DNA of 51,155 nucleotides. It comes from Trypethelium eluteriae. Its lineage: Eukaryota. Positions 24,797 to 37,041 of the stretch are shown in pieces. A model generated the notes under the pieces. That model ran no database searches and was not told the origin of the DNA. It saw only the letters and a list, made by a program, of their open reading frames with translations. Where the stretch lies: NCBI GenBank assembly GCA_051942245.1, contig JAVECL010000111.1, positions 1 to 51,155 of the forward strand. The letters are read 5' to 3'. How positions within the stretch are numbered: the stretch's first letter is position 1; each line of letters starts with the position of its first letter. The position numbers and the translations under genes are program-made.

Positions 24797-26360
24797 TCAT
24801 CCCGCCTTCCCTCCTTGCAGCACTGAATTTTCGAAGCGCACCGTTTTTGGTGTTCTTTTCTTCATCATCACAACGGTTTTTTGATCTGGCAAGTATTGTG
24901 TTTCGAAAGGAAGGCTTTGAGGCCGACCCTTCGAGCGCTGATTTTCAGTGAAGTGAAAGTCGTAATTGATCAACAAATATGCCATGAACATCTTAATCTC
25001 AGCAACAGTCAAAATCCTGCCTGGACAGGTGTGGCGGCTGTGACCAAATGCCATGCTTTCCTTATTACGAGCGGTATACGAGGTGCGCGCTGCTGATACA
25101 TTCTCATAGTGTTGGAGTTCCGCAAATCGATATCCGTCAAAGTCCAGAGGATCAGGGTGCAGCACCGGATCCATGGCGATCGCATGAGAAGGAACGCCAA
25201 ATTAGTTCCTTGACGTATGACAAATCCATCAGCCAGACGGATCTCGCGGTTAACGATTGGCTCAAAGGTAGATACAGCACATTAGTAAGGTTCCAAAGTC
25301 CACTACCATAGCGATGATCACACCTGGAAGCAAAGGATTGAACATCTGACTCTCTTCCATAATACTATTCAGCTTGGTGAGATCTGATGAGGCCGAATTT
25401 GTTTGGCCTCCGTATTCTTTGAATACTTCCTGAAGCTCCCGTCGGAGGGGGTCCACATACTCTGGCATTTGACAAAGATTGTACAGTAGCTGCATCGAGC
25501 CGCTGCACTTGCGTCTATGGCAGCGAAGCTGACCTTGAGTTGAATCATGGAGATAATGCTATGCTCTTTCTCTTCATCCTCTGCATTTTCGAGAATCCAC
25601 TGGAGGAAATCATCCGGCCTCTTCCTGCGGCTCTTTCGCTCTTTCGAGATAGGCGTGATAACTCGTCGAGCACTTTTATAATAGTCGCCAATTCTGCGGA
25701 TAGCAGGTATGAAGATCGAACATAGTCTCCTTAGAGCTGGTGGAATGCTTTTGATCGTCTGATCATCAACGGATCCATCTTCTGGGAGATGAATAGTTGC
25801 ATTTATCCACACGTCGTCTTTGATCAGCGATGTTCCGCCGGTCATTCTACTGGTTGCTTGTGCTACGATTCGAACGAAACGCTGGGCCATCTTCACTTCC
25901 GTCTACTCTAGGATATTCTCGTCAGTCGTAAAGTTAGGGTTTTCTATTCAGTTCGTTTGGAAGCATAGCTTACCCTTACATCATGGCATGTCAAATGCTT
26001 CGAATGCTTCAGCAATCTCCTTCATTACTTTGGGCAGATGAGACTCCAGATCACGATTTAATGGATGCCTTCCCACTCGAGCGTGGAGCATTGAGCGGTC
26101 ACTCCTTGTCATGTATTGGGCTTCAAACATCTCAAAAAAGGTTCCGACGAAGTCGAACTCGTTGGATGGAATATTCCGACTTCTTCAACTTGCTCCGGAG
26201 GAATCATCAGACGCTTTCTGGCGGGGCTGGGTACGTAATACAGTCTGCCTTTGTATCTCTGCTATCCCTCGAGGAGCACCTCTTTTGCGTGACCTCGAAA
26301 ATGCTTCCTGGCATGTATCAGATCTTCATTCGGACTGAGTCCAACAATCTGCACGTTTGC
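24797..26360 (-). pseudogene. Cytochrome P450 pseudogene (ent-kaurene-oxidase-like type)
   Basis: Fragments in different frames: 'DDFLQW', I-helix 'SFAAIDAS', ExxR degraded to 'EESQM', 'FDGYRF', heme region 'FGHSRHTCPGR'. Frameshift near 25495 and stops in the 5' part. The 5' limit is approximate. Confidence 0.8.
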
Positions 26361-27427
26361 AACATATTTTTGCTGTCTTCTCTTAGATTTCAAGAGAGAA
26401 TATATCACAAAGCTGCTAAGTGCAAGAGTAGAAAGACAAAAAACAAATTGGTTAGGCAGATTGTCCTTCGATCGAAGAGCGTAAAGATCTCCGTTACCGA
26501 GTGGTCCATAGTTCTCTCTCTGAATTACGTTTGAGATCTGCGTTCTTATCCTCCCAAATTAGTGAGGTGCAATATCCTAAGACTCCGAAAGTATCCACAG
26601 CTCCTTTCCAGTGGCTGCTGCATTCAAGCAAGGTCATCGATGATATTACCAGTCCAGCTCTTCCTATTTAGGAAATGTCCGTAGCAGGCAACTTTCATAC
26701 TTGCTTTCTATTTTAATTGTTTCCAGAATGGGTTTACCCAATGGAGTCAGCATTTATCGAGCCCGATTAAAGCGTTACTGCCTATGTTGTTTGGAATTGA
26801 TGACACAAACACAATAGAATTTACACCCACCTGTACTACTACAGCTGATCCACTGTCATAGCGCACTCAAGACTTTTTCTTCTTGATTATCTTAACGAGA
26901 TATCTAAGGCCAGGTGCAGTATAATTAGGCCAGTTAAGAAATGGGCTGTGTCAGTCTTGAACACCTCGCTCGAGATTTACCTAAAGAGGAAATTTCCGAT
27001 CTCACATGCTATGCTGGGATTGCAATAATCCCATGGATGCTTTTTGCATAATGGTGAATTTATGGAGCTTATACAAGTACGTTAAGTTTGTTCCAAGAGT
27101 GGTCCATATGTGTGATAGAATTACAAAATCGTCCCAAAAGACAGAGAAAGTCTTGAGAATGATACGAAAACAATATGACCTCAAAATAAGCCGTAGGTTT
27201 CGAGCAACTAGCTAAATCCGTCCACCTAATCCTTGGTGATTCCAGGGTCTGCTCCATTTGAAATAACGGTGGATGCCTGTCATAGCCAACCAATGACAGG
27301 TTGTCTTTGAGCACCAACTTCATAATCTCATCCTTGAGGTCCCATTATAGGGCAATCTGCATGGCATCGTATCAAGCGTTGACAGCGGTTACTGGTACAT
27401 GTCATTGACACCATGTGACCGCCGAAC

Positions 27428-29393
27428 TCAATCCTGTCGTGGTTTGATTCTTACTCGAAGCTCCGGTTTCTGCCACAAGGTATGCATACGAGAGTCGCGG
27501 TGCCAGTCAAGATTTCGACTGATGAGTTCGAAATTGCATGTCCAGTGCAGCTTTGCTAATGTGGTGCGTAACTCCATCCAGCCAAGACTATACAGAGTCA
27601 GCATCTGATAGAACAGAAGAATTGTCCCGATTCCAAAATGACCTTTTGCCAATACAGCCTCGAGGTCCAAGAGAGAAAGGCTGTGAAGCAGCTAAATTAT
27701 CCTTTTCATTTTCCGAAAGCCATCGGTTAGGCTCAAAGTTGAACGGGTTTTCAAAATTTGCCGGACTCAGTGACGCTGCGATAGGGTTTGTAGAGACAGT
27801 AGTCTGCGTTCAATTAGCCGTTTTGTCACAAATGGTTTCTAAGTTTTTATATTGGCATATACCCCTGCCGGTATGAAATGCCCATCAACCGTATCTCCGC
27901 CTTCAGGTACTAATCTCGGCAAAGCGAACGGCAGCGGAGGATAGATTCGAAGTCCTTCCAGTATTACTGCATTGAGGTACTCCAGAGAAGTGGTCGATGC
28001 AGCGCTTATTTGGGAATAGGATGTAAAGGTATTTCTTATTTCTTCCTTCAATTTGGTCGCAATGACTGGTGAAGTGAGGAGGTAGTACGTGATACAGGCC
28101 AAGCACGTCGCCGTTGTTTCACTTCCGGCTACGACAAAGTCTGACGCATGTGCTGCTAACTGTATATCTGAGACTTTTTCCGGGTCTCTCTCCTTGAGAA
28201 TCCGAGTGAAAAAGTCTTTACGGCTCGTGTCTTTGGAAATCCGTCTGTTGGTGCACAATCAATAAAAGCCAGGCAAAGGTATTCAAGGGCTTTCTAACAT
28301 GTTCACAAGCTCGATGGAGTATTTTTCATTTATCTTCGTATCCATGACAGCGCTCTCAATCATACCTGGGATGAGCGTCTTCAGTACTTTAGCGATCGCT
28401 GGGAAACGAGCGAAGCAATCCGCAATTGCTCCTTTGGTCATCGCTCCAGTTATTCGAGCTATCCAAGGATGGGTCTCGCCTGACGAAGTTTTAGCTTGTT
28501 CGATCAGTATTCGGATTTGCTTAGCAAAATATACCAGACTCAATTCCATGAAATGTTTCGCCAAACGCAAGATCCCCGATTATATCAAACGTCATCCTTG
28601 TAAACCATTGAGCAATATCGATACCCTCTTCACTACACATTCCGATACGTTTGATAGACTTGTCGATCACATCTGAGATCAGATACTCCTGGTCTGTCAA
28701 TGAACCCTGTGAGAAAGCCTGCGAGAGATATCTGCGCATGCTATTGTGGACGACAGGATCACGTTCACTGACGATCGAGCCACATTTGTCTGCAAAGCTA
28801 CCCCCTTCGTAAAACGTGCTCTTCAGAAATGGTTTGTGACTGGGTCGATATTCGTATATGTCCCTCCAAGACGTTGCGGAATTGAAGGAAAGATCATTTG
28901 AAGCGATTCGGACGACAGAACCTGCGTCCAATATCCAAGAGATTAGCTGAAGTTGATTGGAGGAGCAAATAGTGATTCTGCAACTAACCGTATTTCTCAT
29001 GTAGCTGGAGTATCTTACAGGGCTGTTTGCCACCAAGGAACCAGTGGCAATACTGATACTGGAGAGCATCTGATAAGCTTTGGCGCCCGCCAATGGGGCT
29101 GGTGATTTAAGGAAAAGCACCAGAAGTCTCATATGCATATAATACCGAAACTTAAAAGTACCTACATTGCTCACGGCAGCGGTCCATGGGCCAGGGAACT
29201 TTCTTAACGGATGGAAGAAAAGATTATAGAGTCCCTTGGATAGACCATTGAGAATAATCTATTTTCGCCATCAGACTGCAGTCGGGATGTTGAATACGGA
29301 TGACAAATAGAGGGGTCATACCATAAGAAAGAAGGTAAGAAGGGTTCTTCCGTTTAGAAGATATTGCAACATTTGTACCGAAGGTATCGCCAT
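27428..29393 (-). CDS. Cytochrome P450 monooxygenase (CYP65/Tri11-like), multi-exon, apparently intact
   Basis: ATG at 29393, TM anchor, 'FFHPLRKFPGP', 'LHEKYG', I-helix 'AGSETT', 'EGLR', 'FEPNRW' and heme motif 'FSLGPRGCIG'. GT-AG introns restore the frame. Confidence 0.85.
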
Positions 29394-30609
29394 TGTTGGT
29401 TATATCAGAATTCGACTAATCACAGCAGATAGAATATCAAGGTAAAGATCGATTCTATTGTATAGCACCCGTGTGAAGTATGGTGACTAATAGTGCGAAC
29501 GTGCTAGGATTATACACGACAGTCGGGCCTTGGTAACTTGAGTTCTTGTTCTACCCTAGAACTTCTGTGGCTAGGGTTAAGTGTTCAGGTCAGCAGCTCC
29601 GGAGATTACGCTATGCAGTAAAGGGGTTTCCCAAAACGGTATCGCTCGAACACCGAGATAAAATGATCCATGATGTTGACCGGCACACGACCGGGGATTG
29701 GCAAGGTATGAACGCTGAGGCGTCGTGGACCGGTTTTTTTATCTACAAGGACGTAGAATGAACCGGATTTTCCACATTACCTAACACAGAAGAGACTAAT
29801 GCGAATTGACAATGGAGCAAGCAATCCAAGTTGGCGACAGACTAGTTTCACAGCTTTAGTCTCGACTCTCTCGAGATTCATTGGCAATGCACCAGACCAT
29901 AGATACTCACCACTGTTCTTCAAAAGCCCACGGGACCGAATGGATGTTTATTCAGCGAAGAATCGTAATATAAGCAGATAATCTAAACAAGGCTTCATGG
30001 TGTAACAGGGCAGAAATGATCCCTACCTACCTCCTAATAGGTGCGACCCAGAATCACGTGATGATGTTTGGAATTACTGCGGACGGTAGGTATCTACCAA
30101 GGTAGGTGGAGGATCCGTGCCCACCCAACAGACTGCGAATATAATCGGTTCACGTTGCAACGTATCGAAGTTTGAACACTTTGCCATTGAGACTTCCGTA
30201 ACATCGAATTGACACGTAACTCGTAAAGTTTTCCTAATTAGATGTCGCTCAATCTCAAACATGGAGCTATCTGGGTCTGTTTAGCTTTCGAGATTAAAGT
30301 AGCTGTTGCCACAGCAACTGTAGTATTTGGGCAAATTATACAGTGTTAAACATCAAATTTTAGATTGTCCAACACGTATCTTCACTTTCATCTTCTTGAC
30401 CAAGTATCTCCTTATAACACAAAATGATATCCCTGATCAAGCTCAATAAGCGTGGTTTGGAGTACAAATTCAATCTCCTTTTACTGAGGTAACATTCCCT
30501 TTTAAAGAAAGACAAATACGTAGAGTTGATATAAATAAGTGACAGTCAAACCCCGAGTAGAGGTCATACTGGGTTGAATAATACCCACTGGGTGTGGCTG
30601 GGTTCAAAT

Positions 30610-30743
30610 CAGTGTTGTAAGAAATAGTAGATTAGTAATTACTATTAGTTAAATAGTAGTTTACTATCACTATCATGGGATCTGTGTTACTAAGTTATTT
30701 TTACTTGGTAAAATACTAATTATTTAGTAAATTGACATCACTG
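30610..30743. mobile_element. AT-rich MITE, probably hAT-derived
   Basis: Ends CAGTGTTGTAA...TGACATCACTG (imperfect TIR), flanked by 8-bp near-duplication GTTCAAAT (30602-30609) / GTTCAGAT (30744-30751). Confidence 0.7.
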
Positions 30744-31408
30744 GTTCAGATTGCCCCTTGCATGAGGCCAAATATTCGTAAAAATATGGGAATGAATCAT
30801 GCAAACTTCCCCGTCAGATTTCCGCTTAAAGAAGGGCCGAATAGTGCGAAACCAAATGACCGCGAGTTAGAAAAAGAGAGAAAGGTATGTAAAACAGTAG
30901 GTAGTAGACACTTTGTTCGGGAAGCCACTGTCGATTTTAAAAACCCCCCATGGCTCGTTGATGTACCTTTAGCCCCCTTATAGCGATTCCAGCCTAGAGC
31001 AATCCAAATCAAGATATTGAAAGAAAAGCCTTGTCGATTGAAATATGCAGTGCGAATGGTTATCGAGAGACTGGAATAGGATCAATGCTTAATCACGAAA
31101 GGAAATGTCAGGGCTACATCTCAACAGTTTTGTCCCAACAAGGACTCTAACCCTCAACTCAGCTATAAGATGTGGATGACCAATGAAACTCAGACTTTTC
31201 ATTGTGGCTTGCTACCGTTGTTCTGTCCTAGGAGAAGGTTATACACTGTTATGGGGATCCGTCTTCAGTACTTACGATTGCCACTTGCTAGCAGCATGGA
31301 TTATTGGGGATGTCCTAGTGGGTGTTCAATTCATCCTCTCACCCACGCGCGCGTCCCTGTATTGTTTTGTGGAAGAGATGACTCAACGCCACTTATTCCA
31401 GGGACAAG

Positions 31409-34400
31409 CTAATCTGTATTAATCATCTTTTGTCTCTTCTGATCTCTTTCCTTATCTTCGAGACGTAGCGCGAGACGCTTAGTGGTGCATGGTATTGATG
31501 AGACAGATCGCGTCAGAAGTGCGGGAAGCTGGAGATCAGGAATAGTGTCACGAGAATACGTCTCTTGAGCTGCCTGGTTTAGTACCAACATTATTGAGTC
31601 CTGGTTGAAAGAAGATGTAAGTAGTGTCGAGTAGCTGTTCTCTAAAGTCGAGGACTCGGGCAGGTCTATGAGACGTTGCTCTTGGTGAATTCCGTCTTCA
31701 CTAAGACGTTGGAGTATTATGGCTTTTTCCTGAGGATAATGTCTTAATGCAGAGACCTATGCACGTCCTTGGCTTTTACTAAAGATCACGGTATTCGAGT
31801 CAATGGTTTTTGGCAATTTATTAGTGGCCAGAGTGCTCCAATTTTGTGCTATAGTGGTTGTCCCGGTCTGAGCCAGCTGCATTTCAGGCTGATGTAGATC
31901 GTTCGCAGAATTTGTCCGTCCAGCGAAAGAGATGCTTCTGTTACAAAGTTTTGCGGAAACGTTGATCATAACCCTGTTGCCTGGATGGGTGGTTCCGATT
32001 TCTGTGCCGTGAAGGAAAGATCCGCATGTTGACCATTCAAGGTTATCCAATGGCCGGATAAATACATTCACCATTCGGGGAGCTGCAAAAGATTTATCAG
32101 CATGGCTTTGATCTTGGCATATGCCGAATGGAGGGCTCACGAGACTCAGCAAACGACCGAATAGAAGTAACCCCGAGCCGACTAAGGGCTACGACTGGCT
32201 CGCATGGATGAAAAACAACTGGGCGACTCAGGGCGTGGCCACATATATTAGTGCTGAACTGATCGACCAGCTGGAAGTCCGGAGCATGATCACAAGAGCT
32301 TTGGTCTTGATAAATAGCCAATGACCAGTCGGCATAGAAATTATACTCTACATCTGGTCTACCAGGGCCACACAATAAGATTATATAGCGTGCATTGGGT
32401 GAAAACTTAGTTTCATACCAACAATCCGGAGCTTCTGGCTCCAAAATTGGCTCGAAATGTTCCCGGGGTTTTGAGATGTATTGTGAATTGTCTATGACAA
32501 GTTCTGAGGATGGAAATATAAGCTCTTGAGCAGTAAACTCCTTTGACGGTCGATCAATTATGTCCGCAGGTAATCTGATCCGAATGAGATAGCTGAGAAT
32601 GGCTACTTGGCGCAGGTCTTCGGAGAACGAGACTGGAAACGGGAAGCTACGGGGTTCCTTGGAACGAACCGCTCTCTTGAGAAGCGGGACGATTGATTCA
32701 CTGGGAATCTCAAATGTACTTTTATGGACTTCTTTGTTTTCCAAAATCCGCTTCACGGTATAGTTGACATGCCAATCGGTAGCCAAGGACTCTAACGCTT
32801 GACAGACATTTGGCAACTGAGAATGCGGATCGCGCATGAGTTCATCAAATGCCCTAGCATATGTCAGATTCTGATTTGGGGGCGGAATTACGCGGCAAAC
32901 CTAGAGGGCCAAATCTTGATCATCGCCACTTCGGACCCATCTACGGAACACTTAGAAGAGATAAGAAGTGCATCGCATCGAGGTACAGCGGGGTCCAAGG
33001 AACTCTCAGGCGTAGCGCTCGATAAAGGTGTCACTTTTCCAGCCTTTGTTCCAATCCAAAACCTTGACTTCATGAATATGTGGATACTTGGCTGCCATAT
33101 CTCAGTCGGATCGTCTCGGAGGAGATGCCCCCATGTTTTGTTAAGTTGCGACAGGTCGTTCGAGAATGACACTAGTAGATCACTCCAGCGTGAACCATTC
33201 AGATCGAATTCTATGTGAGCGCGATTAACCAAGCGACCAAGAGATGGTTCAACCTTGAAGGTCCAACTGGCTTCAGTCCAAACCGTGACCGAGATCTCAT
33301 CTAGGAAAAACTGTGTAATCATAGATAGAAGGTCTGATTGTTGCTTTAGGGATTCTTTTGGGCTGTTTCCATTCTTTTCCAGACCAAGGTACCCATGGTG
33401 AGTCCAGAACTGAGTGGAGAACAACAGGAGAGGATATTTAGATATGAGATCAATCGTATTAAGACGATTCGGTGACAGACCATACAGTGGTCCTCTTGGG
33501 ACGTCATGCACCAGATATGACAGGCAGTTCATTGCAATCGAGCAATGCGTCGATTCTGGACTAATTCGTAGTCGATCCTTTTCGGGTTGGTCGGACGTCA
33601 GAGAATCAGACAAAAATTCCGATACCGACAAATGTATAAAGCGCGCAGTTCTGTCTTGTCCAAATTCTACCAAAGCCCCTGATATCCTGCTGATTATTTT
33701 TTGGAAGGTGTTCAGATTTTTCGCGAGAAATCGAGAGCTTTTGGTGGGCTTGCCGATGGCTAATGACAACGCCGTACGTAGTTCTGACGCCGTTAGAGGG
33801 CGCCCGGCAAAAGCTACCCACTCGAACAACTTTTGAACTATAGCCCACGGCCTCTTGTCTGGCGCACTTTGCCGGATCTTTTGGAATATCTGAAAGTACA
33901 TTGAATCTAGATCTTCAAAAAGATTCAAGTGCGAGATGGCGTAGTGACGGTCTTCTGGACTGATGAAGTCGGAATTAAGATATCTGACCATAAGATTGGC
34001 CCATAGAAACATCGATTGGGATCTGCGAGCAATTTCTTTTACAATGTCTTCGGTACACTCTTCGTCGTCTAATTCATTCATCTTATCCATCTCTGCTACA
34101 TGCGGTCCTAAGTAAGATTCGATATCAGTCAAGTTAGCAAATTCCTCTAGGTAAATTGGGCTAAATTCCGTATCTGTGAAGCCTTTTATTGTCACGTTTG
34201 GTCTTGCGGAAAAAAGTACCTTGCAATGTAGACCGTGAAGAATACGGCTCAATTCGCAGGAGAACTCCTCGCTACTAGAGCACTCGTCTACGCCATCGAA
34301 CACCAAAGTCGAACCAGGGAACCTAAGAAGTAGTATGGCGCACAGGTCACGAACTTCAGCTGCAGATGCTGTGAGCTGACCGCTGCCATGATTGTCTTTC

Positions 34401-35858
34401 AGCAACAGAGCTAAATCTAAGGCTTCTCGGTCGTGTTGACTGGAGTGAAGTATCTGTGTCAAAATTGCGCGAAAAGCTGCGTCCGGTACAGTGGCGTGGA
34501 TGTCTTGTTTATCAAAAAAATAGAATAAGATGGACTGTCCAGATCTCGAGAGGAGTCTTTGACGAAGATCTTCAATAATTGTTGCACAAAGAGTTGTCTT
34601 CCCATATCCTGGCTTGGCTGCTTCGAATTAGTCTTTGAAATTCTTTCCTTGTCAAATAGCTATTACCTTGGACGAAAAAAAGGTTGCCAGCTCTCTCGTG
34701 AGAAGGTGAAGAAAGCTCACTGCTGTCTCTATCCCTCCATGTTTTATAACTGGGATGGTCAAGCATCCAGGTCCCTGTACCTGGGGTGCGCTTGGACAAC
34801 GACCTTTCATAAACAGGCTGCCACGGCGGCGCGTGAATCCATGCTTTGAGTTCGGTCGTCTTTCTCTCTATCTAGCCGTCAGCTGTTGTAGGACACCCTT
34901 TTTGTAGGACCATACGAATCACATCCTTGCCAAGCCCATCGGACTGGTGGTTGGCCGTTGCGATCTCCCTCTCGATTTTATCGTATTCGTCCAAAAGTAT
35001 CTGCGTGGCTGCTGCATCAATCTCGAGTATGAGGAGTCTTTTGTGATACTGAAAACGATCTAGGCATTCCGCGAATTGAATATCGAAAGGTTTCCATGCT
35101 AGATTCATGAGAAGTTTAGCTCTTTGCCACCCTAAAAATAATTCTTAGAAAGGTCTGAGGTCTGTCATGGTATATTCGAGTGCTTTACCTTTCCCTTTGC
35201 TCGAGAACATGCGATACAGACGATGGCAGAGTCCAACAATATCACTATATAAATGTGACAGTGCATCCTGGAGTCTGTGAGTCGTTGGTCCATTCCCGCG
35301 GCGATTCAAGGTGGTCTGCACGTTGACGGTTCTGAACTCGATAGCTGCCAGCTCTTGTGCCATTCTTTGGAGTACGGTTTTCAGTTTCTCGACGAAGGTG
35401 CTATAGTTCTGACACAGCTGATTGAAAGGTCAGCCTGGTTCTCCAAAACGAAGGAAGCCTCCTACTTTAAAAACCATAAGAATAGATCCCCAAATGAGTC
35501 CAGCGATGTGAGGGTCTGACTGTACAAAGCTACTTATTGCTTCGAAGTACGGAGAGAGTGATGTGGAGAGATTTCGCACAGATTCACAGAATTCCAGAAC
35601 GGGCCCTTGACGGCTATTGCTCGTCATCTTGTCGATTGTGTAAATCATTGCTTCGCAATTATGGAAATATTCGAACTGTTGCCGTTCTTCTTCGGTCATA
35701 GAATAATAAAACGACGATCTTACGTCGTAGAACAAATTCCCAGTACTAAAAATCTCAACATCACTAACATATCGAGGGTTAGGGTAGCCATGAATTTGGG
35801 TTGAAACAATGCATCCTTACTTGTCGCAAGTGCGAGCCTCGTCTTGAGATGAGACCAT
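31409..35858 (-). CDS. NACHT-domain (fungal NLR/STAND-like) protein with an in-frame TAG near the C-terminus (31757-31759)
   Basis: ATG at 35858. N-terminal helical domain 'LSPYFEAISSFVQSDPHIAGLIWGSI', then 'RTPGTGTW', Walker A 'AKPGYGKT', Walker B 'LVFDGVDEC', 'SQSMFLWANL', 'RPLTASEL', 'FIHLSVSEFL'. The frame continues past the TAG to 31409. Confidence 0.8.
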
Positions 35859-36916
35859 CGCGTGTAAAACCGCATCAGTCCAGGTATGAGTCTGGCACGA
35901 TCGTAACCTCTCCCGCCTACGCCGCTTCCGGGGGTAACGCTAATGCAGAGGCGCGGTGACTGTCTCACGAGGAACGGACACGGAAGTGGGGTTCGCACCT
36001 CAAAGGGCGTGGAAGAGACATCCTTTAAGCTGTTGTGCAGAATGGCAAGGCTCCCATGAGGCTTTCCCGAGCCTCGTCCAACCGCCACCGACGGGTGTCA
36101 ATCCAAATGTCCGCCGAGGTAAACCCGGCCCAAATCCCATCCGCCGATTCAGCTATTTTGAAGCTGCCAATAGCTTTCATCTTTTTAGTTTTTGGTGGTC
36201 CAGCTAGTAAAGAGTGCACGTTGGTAACTTCATAGAATAATGAGACGGAAGCGCTATCTAGGTACTGATTAGCTTCAAATCTAAGGTGCGGGCGCCAGTT
36301 GCGCCCGCGCACGTTTTGGTTGACACACCCTGGTGGCTGAATGGGGCGATGCTGGACCTTGCACGTCCGGGTTTGAACCCATTTTCACTAGGACGACCTA
36401 GTCAATCCCCATCCTAGTAGAGACCCTTAATTCCGTCCCATTCTCCATCCTATTACTAGGACGGAATGGGATCAGGATGGGAATCCCCGTCCTATTGTGA
36501 TCACTACGTTTTTCTGTGTATTTTTCCCTATATATCTAATAAATTCTGTAAATTATATAAGTTTCGTGATTTTCGCTTTTATAAAGTCTGATTTTGGTTA
36601 TGTGACTTGATCATGTAATTGATCTCATAAATACGGCAGCTTCAGTCGCAATACATATTAGTAAGCCAAGTCTCAAAAGGCATTAACTTTCTAATCAATA
36701 CATGTTAGGTAATGTAGCTTATATTGAAGTGTAGCGCGAAAGCTAACTTAAATATTTACGATCCACATGCGAAAATTAAAGGTCTGTGAGATGAGATATT
36801 GGACTGCGAAGTCGCGCACTGTAGTAAATTTTGATGTTCTTCGCCAATTTTTTTATCTAACAGTCTCTGCAAAACAAGGTAATATTATAGATAAGAGTTT
36901 TTCCGCCAATCTCGAC

Positions 36917-37040
36917 AGCTCGATGGCGCAGCGGAAGCGCGGTAAGTTTAAATATATCCCCTATCTTGAGTAAGATACTAATTTGTGCTGCAGCCGGGCT
37001 CATAACCCGGAGGTCGCTGGATCGAAACCAGCTCGAGCTA
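36917..37040 (+). tRNA. Initiator tRNA-Met (CAT) interrupted by a 52-nt intron (36942-36993) between positions 26 and 27
   Basis: Joined exons give a 72-nt cloverleaf: AGCTCGA/TCGAGCT acceptor (A1:U72), D-arm GCGC-AGCGGAA-GCGC, anticodon arm CCGGG-CTCATAA-CCCGG with three G:C pairs, and T-arm GCTGG-ATCGAAA-CCAGC (A54, A60). These are eukaryotic initiator hallmarks. Confidence 0.92.
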
Positions 37041-37041
37041 A

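Noticed and set aside
29646..29656. TCG-N5-CGA (AflR-type site) upstream of the intact P450
   Set aside because: Single short match; I did not find it upstream of the cyclase, so chance cannot be excluded.
34872..34874. Apparent stop inside the NACHT gene
   Set aside because: Falls within a GTATGG...GCTGAC...TAG intron that restores the frame.
36767..36973. 68-aa ORF overlapping the tRNA, which could make the GT-AG insert an mRNA intron
   Set aside because: No coding features; the flanks form a complete tRNAi cloverleaf with Pol III signals.
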